Shown here: piece by piece, positions 53,459-64,000 of the stretch
How positions within the stretch are numbered: the stretch's first letter is position 1
Layout of the letters: each line of letters begins with the position of its first letter
NCBI RefSeq assembly: GCF_006345805.1
Contig: NC_043008.1
Span: 17,236,001-17,300,000, forward strand
Source of the DNA: Octopus sinensis
Taxonomy: Eukaryota
Length of the DNA: 64,000 nucleotides
Reading direction: 5' to 3'
Program-made: the position numbers and the translations under genes
Notes under the pieces: model-generated
Databases searched by the model: none
Told to the model about the DNA's origin: nothing
What the model saw: the letters and a program-made list of their open reading frames with translations, nothing else

Positions 53459-53510
53459 TAATGCGTACACGTATGCTATATACATCTGTATAAATATATG
53501 TGTGTGTGAT

Positions 53511-53557
<47 letters not shown>

Positions 53558-53613
53558 CATATATAATGCGTACACGTATGCTATATACATCTGTATAAAT
53601 ATATGTGTGTGTG

Positions 53614-53688
<75 letters not shown>
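53298..53688. repeat. Compound TG/CA/TA microsatellite with a tandem duplication of about 105 bp
   Basis: aatgcgtacacgtatgctatatacatctgtataaatatatgtgtgtgtgat occurs at about 53460 and 53565. Confidence 0.92.
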
Positions 53689-53692
<4 letters not shown>

Positions 53693-53697
53693 AATTT

Positions 53698-54050
53698 GCT
53701 TTTACTTGTGTCAGTCATTTCACTGCGGCCATGCTGGAGCACCACCTTTAGTCGCATCAAATCGACTCCAGAACTTAATCTTTGTAAGCCTAGTACTTAT
53801 TCCATCAGTCTGTTTTGTCGAACCGCTAAGTTACACCAGCATCGGTTGTCAAGCGATGTTGGGAGGACAAACACAGATACACAACATATACACGCACACA
53901 TATCTATATATATACATATATAAGACGGGCTTGTTTCAGTTTCCATTTACCAAATCCACTCACAAGGCTTTGGTCGGCCCGAGGCTATTGTTGAAGACAT
54001 TTGCCCAAGGTGCCCGGAACTTTGCTACTTACTACACAGCCACTCCTATG
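53698..54050 (-). mobile_element. SINE family B with deletions in the head
   Basis: Collinear with 6448-6862. Confidence 0.87.
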
Positions 54051-54775
54051 TGTGTATATGTTTATATACATACGTATGTGCATATATATTTATGAGTGTG
54101 GAGATAGTGAGAGAATGTGAGAATGAGAGAGGCAGACACAAAGACAGAGGGATTGATAGATTAATAAGCTGGTTGAATAAACGTAGATACATGAACTGGA
54201 CAAAGAGCCAAAATTAAAATATCAACAGGGACATACAGCGGTCAGAGTATTTTCAGTCGAATTTAAGTATCTGACAGATTGATCCTAAAATGCTAGTAAT
54301 TCTGTGGTTACTGACGCGATATAGTCGCCTTTGGAACGATACACGTGAAAGGAGTCAACGATACGTGTGAAATGCGTCATTCAAATTGATTTGATTTCAA
54401 AGATGGCTGCGTTGATTTCCTTTCGTCAGCCATAACACACGTCGTCAACTCGTTGAGGAATTTGCATAATGAATTAATTTGAACGTTTCATTTTACAGTG
54501 ACTCATTTAATCTCATCTGTAGGTCTCAATTAAATCAATGGGATTCAAATTTAAGTTTAAAGCTCAAATTGTACATGGTCATCTACCTTAAATGTCCTAA
54601 ATACTCTCTTGTATTCAAGGCCATTAAACTTGACAATATTATGTCCTTTTGAGCAGGTACGGGGTCAAGATTTCGGAGGGATCTACTCTTTAAGTTAACA
54701 CGAGTAAATGTCATGTAATTTCTTAATATTATATGGTAGGGCTGAATTTGTGTAAATGTAATTGAAATGAGTAAA

Positions 54776-55096
54776 GGCGCATGGCTCAGTGGTTAGAGCA
54801 ACGAGCTTCCGATCGTGAGGATGTGAGCTCGAATCCCGGACCGGACTGCGTGTTGTGCTCATGAGCAAGACACTTTATTTCACGTTGCTCCAGTTCACTC
54901 AGCTGGAGAAATGAGTTGCGACGTCACAGGAGCCAAGCTGTATCGGCCTTTGCTTTCTCTTGGATAACACTGGTGGCGTGCAGAGGGGAGACCGGTATGC
55001 ATGGGCGACTGCTAAACAACCTTGCGCGGACTTGTGCCTGGGAGGGTAACTTTCTAGATGCAATCCCTGGTCTGTGTCGTGACCAAAGGGGGTCTC
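54776..55096 (+). mobile_element. tRNA-derived SINE family D
   Basis: A box tggctcagtgg, B-box-like gagctcgaatccc, and aattgaaat on both flanks (decayed TSD). Confidence 0.87.
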
Positions 55097-56088
55097 AGAA
55101 TTGAAATTAACAATTATACAGCTTTGAATAATAACAGGATTTAGACACGTTGAATATTGAATTTTATTTACAATATAACTCTAACATTAAATATTACATT
55201 TCTCCCCATGGGAGAAATTTCACTGCAATTATATAATTTTAAATAGCTTTCACGTTTCATCGATTCAAATAGACAATTTAAAACTTGTAAGTCAAAAGCA
55301 ACATATTTTAGTTCAAAATCTAAACACATCATTCACGACATAAACACGTGTTTTTATTCTTTTCTAATTAGGTATAACAAGCTCCCAAATTTGTGTCTTA
55401 GAAAATTTGGTATTTGTTTAACTTACATAGTTCCACGTGTCATACTGCATTCAAATGTTCTGGGAATGTTATAACGGTCAGCCTCATTCTTTTGTCTCTG
55501 TCTTCCAGAGACAGAGACAAGGAATTATAACATGAATTTCATAATGTAACCAAGTAAAGTACTCTATAATTGATGCTCTGCTTCGAATTACTCGTTCCAC
55601 AGCGAAATTGTTGTATATCTTCTTCCTGTCCCTTGAACATTCATGGATAATTGATGGTTAGGCTCATTTCGCAGAGTCTCCAGAAGACAAGGGAGGCAAA
55701 AGTCCTTAAAGAGCTTAAATTCGGTGGGCTAATTTCAATCGACCAGAAAATGCCTTTGACAAAATTGTAGAGTCAGGTACAAAGATTTCATGGAATCACA
55801 AATGAGATGTGAGTGAGAGTATGATTAGCAAGGAGCTCTCCCTCTTTGAAACCTCTTCACAGTTGAAAATAAAGACATGCATCAAGATTTATAAACCTGA
55901 GAGTGATGTTAATAATGAAATATGATTTTTGTTCTACAAACTATCGTTTTACATTGCGCCCCTTTTTGAGATAAGGCGTTTATATATTGAAAATATCGTA
56001 TCATTCTCGTGAATGTAACGATTAGTAAAAATAAAAGTAACTTTTTTATGCATTTCCATATGAATGAGTACCGATTTGGTTTTAATTC

Positions 56089-56089
<1 letters not shown>

Positions 56090-56125
<36 letters not shown>

Positions 56126-56310
56126 ATATATATTATATATATATATATATATAATATATATATATATCAGTGTGTATGAGTATGTGTATGTGTTTGTGCG
56201 TGTGTGTGTGTGTGAATAAATATTGAGATGCGCGTGTGAAGTTGATGCTTATGGACGTTTTACTATATATCTCCATAGAAACATTAAAAAACACATCAGT
56301 TATATACATA

Positions 56311-56384
<74 letters not shown>

Positions 56385-56821
56385 CATGTATATATATAGA
56401 TGTATATGAGTATGGATATGTGTGTATAAATGTACGTGCATACATACACACACAAACACACATATATATATGCATGTATTTATGTATATATGTATATATG
56501 TAGGTAGGTGGGTAGGTAGGTAGGTAGGTAGGTAAGTAGGTAGTAGGTAGGTAGGTAGAAAAAAATGTATATCTAGTCACTGAATCCAATGTTTCCAGTG
56601 GAATTGCAGATGTGTTTCCACATGCCTTCATAACGCACGTTTCGGCTCTCATGCTGTAACAAATAACTTCCCAAACACATCTAGCATCACGATTCAGCTC
56701 TCCAGCATTATCGATACTCTCTTCAATGCAACTGAGTAGTCTATTTTTGCGATATTCAAATCCAAGTATTCCGTTATTACCTTCCTTTTCGACAGGCACT
56801 TCTCATTGTGTATATGAATGC

Positions 56822-56880
<59 letters not shown>

Positions 56881-57038
56881 ATATATATATACATATATAT
56901 ACTAATATATGCATATTTGTATATAACATTTGTAAAGATACATATGTTTTACATGTGTATACATATATATTTATACATATATAGTATATATATATATGTA
57001 TATATACATATACATGTGTATATATATGTATATACATG

Positions 57039-57092
<54 letters not shown>

Positions 57093-57168
57093 TATTTTCT
57101 GAGTGTCTGGGTGTGTGAGAAAGAGAGTGTGTGTATGTGTGTGTGTTTGTGTGTGTGTCTGTGCGCGT
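56090..57168. repeat. Cluster of TA, TG, CA and TAGG microsatellites around a unique island of about 250 bp
   Basis: Direct inspection. Confidence 0.9.
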
Positions 57169-59036
57169 CTAAATGAATTTTATTGTCTAAAGCAGTTTTT
57201 TTTTATATATCACCTTTCAATTCAGTGAGTAGATTTCTCTTTTGTTCTCGATTAATATTAACACCTACATATTTTGTCTTTTTCATTTTTCTATATTCTC
57301 TTTAAGTAAAGAAATTCTTCCTACGTATCTAAATTCATCTATTTGTTATAAACATATAAATTCAACATTAGATGTTCATAAAAATTGCTGCTTCTCTTTA
57401 AATAATTCGTTATCAATTTTTAAACTCTCATAAAGGTTACCCACTTCGAAAAAAATTTTGAGATCACCATCGACTTCCCCACTGGGCCTTCTTAAAATTT
57501 CAGTATCCCCCAAAGCACAATACATCACTACATCTGAAATATATTTCAAAGTAGAAACAGTCGGTCATGTTTTTCTTACTGCTTTTCCACGAAGGATGGT
57601 GAAGCGCATGACGTGTTATAGGGTTTAGACACTAGAGAGGGGAAGTTGTTAAATAGTTCCAAAGTTCCATGTCACTGTGTTAGACCTGTGACGGATAAAT
57701 TTCACCATTCGTGTATACCTGGGGTTGGATGTGAACTCAAAACACAAAGAGCCAGACCCAAATACCCTAGGTATCCGGTCACACATTTTTAGTCTACCAA
57801 CCCACTGCCATCTCTCGGCCCCTTATTTGTTTTATTTACACCGGAAGAATAAAAGGCAAAATCTTTTTTGCAGGAATTGAAATCAGTGAACCAGGAGTCG
57901 GAAAATTTACAGAAAATTCCCATCGAATTCTCTCAAGTTTTTCCTATATGGGTGAGACTGCGAAGCCCAATGTTATAACAACTTAGAGAACAATTATGGA
58001 ATACTTCAATCAGTTTTCGTGTCGGTCCGAGAGGTTTTTGACAACATGCTACATGTCCGCCATTAAGAGGACATATTTGGCGGTTCTACGGACATGTAAG
58101 TAAAATATATCAAGAAAGTGTTCCAAGGCTCTTGATGCTGAGATAACAAGGAGGAGAACAATATGGTTGGATTATAGTCATCGTCTCCTTTCATCTCACT
58201 TGGAAATATAGCCAAAAAACCTAATGACGGTTGCTTCCAATAAGAGATCACATGAAGAATGACTCTACCGTATGATCCGCCTTGTAACAAAGATGGGTCA
58301 AGATGGATGGTGGATGGATGGATGGATGGATGGAGGAACAAATTGAGAAATAGATGGATGATACACTGAGTACAAATTAAGCAACACAGACCCATATGTT
58401 TTTCTAAAACGATTTCCTAAATGTTACTAATGAGAATTTCACTGATGAAATAAAATATCAGCAAAGAAGTGAAGCTTATGCTATTGTATATACCCTTTAA
58501 AATGAACGGCTATAGAAGAGAGACATGAGAGAAAACGGGAAAAGCTGACAAATATCAAATCCACAGCGAATCGAAAAAGAAACTAGATACTGCGTCGTTA
58601 AAATGGTTATGACTGCTCCAATGATTATTCTAATGATTATTAGTTATTAAAATCATGTATGTTAATAAGTAGTAATTGTTATTCCTTTATTCCTTTATTC
58701 TGGCTGTTATTATTATAGCAGCTCTGAATCTCTGTAGCTTTTCCCTTCGCTCTAAGATGGCTACTGAAATAATGGCGATATAATTATACGTAATATTATA
58801 TAAAATATAGCATTCTTTTATTCTGTCTAATATAAACCCAAAATTCTGCAACATTGCTATCGTTCTTTTGTTCGAATAAATAATTTTCCTTTGTGGTTAT
58901 GTTACAGCATATGAATACCTAAAGCATTATTTTTTTTTATTTTTTGTATTTTTTGTTTATCTTCTTTCTAAATATATCTTCTTGCTGTGTCAACCCTGCT
59001 TTGTAATTATTGCTGAAATAATATATAGAGGTTTCT

Positions 59037-59136
59037 NNNNNNNNNNNNNNNNNNNNNNNNNNNNNNNNNNNNNNNNNNNNNNNNNNNNNNNNNNNNNNNN
59101 NNNNNNNNNNNNNNNNNNNNNNNNNNNNNNNNNNNN
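59037..59136. other. Assembly gap (100 N)
   Basis: Run of N. A round 100 suggests a scaffolding gap of unknown true size. Confidence 0.99.
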
Positions 59137-60725
59137 ATGTTTTGCCATGGCAATGTCATTGTTCGTATTTCTTTCGTAAACTTAACTTTCAAAATTATTG
59201 ATAAATGTATAAGATTGTACGAAAGAACTCATGTATGTTTTATAGTTATTTTGAACATATTGTTACTCATATATATTTATATGATTTTTAGCTATTGTTG
59301 AGTTCATGTTGGAATGTAACTTTTTTCCATGTTTAAGGCCTCCATATGCGCGGTTTCTGTGTTAGTATATCTATGAAAAACCGTACAAAGAAACATGAAT
59401 CTTTCTGCTTGTACGTGTCAGACGCGGAAATAAATGTATAATGTTTGCGAAGGGGTTGCCTACAATCAATCCACTATGCCTGTGATACACACACATATTG
59501 TGCGTGTATCTATGTTTGTATTCATATAATACATATTATATATATATATACTTACATATATATATATATATATATATATAACATATATATATATAATATA
59601 TATATATATTATTATTATATATGTAACATATATATTTATTATATATATGCATACATACATGCATATAAACATATAAACATATAAACACACGTAAACGCTC
59701 GTCATAATATTGTAATACCGAGAAATGCAATACTCAGAAGTCGCTTACTTGAAACTACGATTAACAGTTTCTGAAGTTTTTGCAGCTCAATGAAATACGG
59801 AAGTAACAATTTTCCCGCCTTTTCAGCTCATGTGGTCGCGTTTGTTCCAATACACCCATGATTCTATCTGATGTTTTTACTCACACAAATATATCATATG
59901 TATATAGAGATCAAGAATCAATGTAAGCACAAGTAAATATATATATGTAGTAGGTATTTCCACTGTAGCACTAAATCCGAGATTTCGGCTATCTACATTG
60001 TAATATTTCAGACTCACGAAAGTAAAGCAGTTTTGATGCTTTGATGAAGAGTAATATATAATTCAAAAAAGAAGAAAAAGAAAGACTTTAACACGTCTTT
60101 CATGGTCACTTATAAATGCTTCGGCTTTCAACAAAGGTTCACTCAAAATTTCCAAGGTAAATTTCATGTCGTAGTTGCGGTTTTAAACGTTCGAGTGACA
60201 CTTCGTCAGACCAGCATCAAAGTTACGCTCTTGCACTAGAGTTGGTTAATTATGTGTTAAAGTCCGTCTTTGTCTTCTTATTAAGATTGCATGAATGTGA
60301 TTGTGTGTGTCTGTGTGTGTGTGAAAAAATTAATATGGAACCAAATACTACTAACATTAATACAGAAAACAAACCACAAAAACACAAATACCCGGGCACA
60401 CATATATATACACATATATATGGGTGTGTGTGCGTGTGTGCGTGTATATATATATATATATATGACATAATTATACTATATAATAATAGCTGTTTCGGTA
60501 CATTAAGTATATATATCATAATACATAATACACACACACACACACACATATATACATACATAACGTGTGTATGTGTGTGTGTATTCAGTATAGCAAGTGT
60601 ACTTACATGTGTTCTGGAGTCTAAATGGATATATCAGAAAAAGACTGATCTGAATACACAATCATTTAATATTTCCTCTATGTCTCTGTCTCTCTCTCAT
60701 TCTCTCATTCTTCCTCTACATATAA

Positions 60726-60757
<32 letters not shown>

Positions 60758-60823
60758 ATAATCTCATACTTCTGTACATACACACATATACAATACATAC
60801 TCGCATACATGGATGCATAGATA

Positions 60824-60884
<61 letters not shown>

Positions 60885-61247
60885 GTAAGTACGTTCGTAC
60901 GTACATACATACATTTCCGTGCCTATAAAAATGATAATGGATTCTTCATCTCTTTCCATCATAAATTTTCCATGATGAGTTGTTTGATTAAATGAACTTC
61001 GGATTCATTGAATTTTTATCAAGACGCAATGATGCGCAGTATTCCGTACACATCGGGAACATGAAAGAACAATGCATCGTATGTGTCTGTTTGCGTAAGT
61101 ATGCATATATGTGTGTGTGTGTACGTGTATGTGTGTCTATGTATATACGTATGCATATATGTATTTCTGTGTACAGAAACAGACACACGTATACACACAC
61201 ATGTATGTGTATGTCTGTATACATATGTACTATATATATATCTATAG

Positions 61248-61281
<34 letters not shown>

Positions 61282-61389
61282 ATATATATAATATATATAT
61301 GTGTGTTGGTGTGTGGTGTGTGTGTGTGTGTGTGTGTGTGTCTGTGTGTGTGTCTGTGTTTATGTATGTGTACACATACACATATACGT

Positions 61390-61653
61390 ACGGCTGAATT
61401 GCAGTGTTGCTGGGGCAGTGCTCTCGACAATTTTTATGTGTATTCAACTACATTACTTATTTTAGCCTAGTCAGTCATTCTATCATTTCTCTCCTGCCGA
61501 ACCGCTAGGTTACGTGGACGTAAATAAATCAAAACCAATGGTAAAGCAGTGGGGAAGTATTAAACACATGCACAAAGACATAAACTCCATGTATATATAG
61601 ATATATATATATATATATAGATATATATATATATATAATATCTAATATATATG

Positions 61654-61698
<45 letters not shown>

Positions 61699-62472
61699 TT
61701 TGTGTTGTGACCCCTTTCGGTCAAGAATGACCATGGGATTGCACCGAGAAAATTACCCACCGAGGCAGAAGTCCGGGCAAGGTTATTTATGGAAGACCAG
61801 CAGTCTCCCATGAATACAAGCCTCCACTCTCTGCGCCACCGATGTTATTCAAGGGAAAGGCAAAAGCCGATACAGCTTGGCACCAGTGACGTCGCAGTTC
61901 ATTTATTAACGTGCAAGTGGCTGAGCACTCCACAGACACGTGTACCCATAACATAATTCTCGGGGAGTTTCACCGTGATACAGAGTGTGACAAGGCTGGC
62001 CCTTTGAAATAAAGGTTCAACAAAACAGGAAGAAATATTGAAAGAAAGTTGTGGTGAAAGAGTACAGCAGATTTACCATTACCTCCTGACGGAGCCTCGT
62101 GGAGCTTTAGATGTTTTTGCTCAATAAACGCTCACAATCCGGTCTGGGAATCGAAAGCGCTATCCTACAACCGCAAGTCTGCTGCCTTAACTACTGGGCC
62201 ATTGCACCTCCACACACACACACACACATACACACACATACACACACATATACATACATACATACATACATTCATGCATACATGCATATATACATGCATA
62301 CATACGTACATACGGCGGGGTTCTTTCAGTTTCCGTCTACCAAATCTACTCACAAAACTTTGATCCGTCCGTTGGCCGTATTAGAAGAGTATTACCCAAT
62401 GTGCCTCGCAGAGGGAATGAACGCAGAACCATGTGATTTGGAAGCGAACTTCTTACCACAAATCCACGCCTA
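61390..62472 (-). mobile_element. Degenerate SINE family B split in its microsatellite by a nested SINE
   Basis: 3' half at about 61390-61580. 5' half at about 62312-62472. Confidence 0.7.
61709..62211 (-). mobile_element. Chimeric SINE: family-C head, unique middle, family-D tail
   Basis: 62041-62211 matches 4480-4650. 61709-61904 matches 54908-55095. Confidence 0.85.
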
Positions 62473-63119
62473 CTCTATATTATCAATAATATTTGATTTC
62501 GTGTTCGTATTTGCGTATAACTACATATACACTTCATTAAACACATGAATTACTAAATCACATCTCTTCTCAAACCTTAACCTCACATCAGTGTACATAT
62601 TTCTATGGCTACTCACTCTTTTACTCAATGTCCAGAAATTTAAAAGCATACAGACTGTTTTAATTACAGTCATGTAGAACATGAAAATATTTAAGGAAAT
62701 CAATCGAAGCCTTTTGTTTACTCAAACGCTGTACATGTTTTCCAACATAATTAACATAATCTATATTGTGTAGCAAGCGGTGCTGTAGTATTCTAAACTA
62801 CAGACTTTCCTTTGAATATTATTTATTTTTACATAACAAAATATTGATAATTTCTGACACAATTTCCCTTTCAGTTGAACGAGATAGACGCCTTTTAGTT
62901 TTATCGTAAAAGAGTGAATGATTAGAAATAAAACGCATACAATAATGTTTTTAATAGAATATCGATATAAGCTTCGATTAATAATATTTTAAGGAACTGT
63001 GTTAAAATATAGTTTAATTTCAAAATCGTGTATTCAAATACTTATCCATTATTAACAAAGTGGGTAAATTTTTATCAGGGCTCACACATGTGCGGTACAC
63101 AAACTGCATGGAGGTGCAT

Positions 63120-63376
63120 ACATATACAAACACAAGCTCAGACACACACACACATACATAGAAAATACACAAACACGGACATGCAAGCACATGAATATGC
63201 AGGATACATACATACATATGCACACACACACACACACATATACCCACATACACATACATACATACACACATGCATACATAGGCACACACACACACTGACC
63301 CACACATACATACACACATGCATACGTACATGCATGCATTCATAGGCACACACACACTGACCCACACACATGCGCA
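63120..63376. repeat. Degenerate (CA/CATA)n tract
   Basis: Direct inspection. Confidence 0.9.
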
Positions 63377-63419
63377 CAAACAAACAAAGAGGAACGCAGT
63401 GTAAATAACGGACAGAGTC

Positions 63420-63605
63420 AAAACTATTGGAAAGGTTGCAAGACGCAATGACAATTTTAGGAAAATAAGAAATAAGTGGAAATTTTACCGGCGCGTGTGT
63501 TAAACTATGGGTACAAAAAAAATGTCTCTCCCCAGACACAACCGAATATGCTTCAACACACGAACTCATATAAAGAATCTAGCAAACGAAATCCAAACAC
63601 GAAAT
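63420..63605 (+). mobile_element. Second copy of the 19255-19423 repeat
   Basis: ttttaggaaaataa...gtggaaattttac.gg...ctctccccagacacaac.gaatatgcttcaac.cacgaactca is shared. Confidence 0.8.
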
Positions 63606-63886
63606 ATATGTATGTATGTATGTATTATGTAAAATAACAAACCATGACCGTGAAGTGACTTTTTACATAAGGGAATGTTATTACGTATGTATATCAGAAA
63701 ATATATAAGTCGAAACAATTTGTTGATATTTTATGGGGTTTTAATAATTGTTCATGTTATATAATATTACTTTTATGTTATATTATATTCATAGTATATC
63801 ATGAATAATAGTATATTATGAATAAATTATTGGTTTGCCCAATATCATCTCTGTATAAATTTATCTTTATATATATATATATTTAT

Positions 63887-63926
<40 letters not shown>

Positions 63927-64000
63927 TATATTATATATATATATTACATAAAAGGGCTTTGCCACATAAGTAATTTATTTTACTAAGCCCTTTTATGTAA

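Noticed and set aside
58982-59192. ORFs spanning the N run
   Set aside because: Artefact of the assembly gap. Contiguity across the gap is not guaranteed.
60179-60212. Hammerhead-like GGU-CUGACGA-AGUGUCACUC-GAAC-GUUUAAAACC on the minus strand
   Set aside because: GAAA is incomplete and the stems are marginal. It could be chance.
52870-60221. Shared cagaccagcatcaaa at about 52876 and 60207
   Set aside because: A match this short is expected by chance in 64 kb, and the flanks do not align.

Overview
AT-rich, microsatellite-dense eukaryotic (animal) genomic DNA with no recognisable intact host gene. It is most likely a large intron or intergenic region. The SINE repertoire resembles what I recall from octopod cephalopods (inference). 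Nearly all ORFs in the track are translations of simple repeats. Contents: (1) four tRNA-headed SINE families, labelled A-D here, with nested, tandem and head/tail-swapped copies; (2) decayed non-LTR retrotransposon pieces, namely four R4/Dong-like fragments near (TAA)n arrays, one Tx1/L1-like 3' end and one RTE-like 3' end; (3) two Tc1/mariner transposase relics and several MITE-like hairpins; (4) one 100-N assembly gap. Most interesting signals: several different type I hammerhead ribozyme motifs, two with a complete core (17114-17158 and 20510-20583, both minus strand); SINE-A multimers with a nucleotide-identical junction at three loci; a ~670-bp non-coding element embedded in (TAA)n whose 5' 19-mer is repeated seven times; and an insertion with an 11-bp TSD and an inverted self-duplication. 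All family assignments come from motif recognition by eye, not from database searches.
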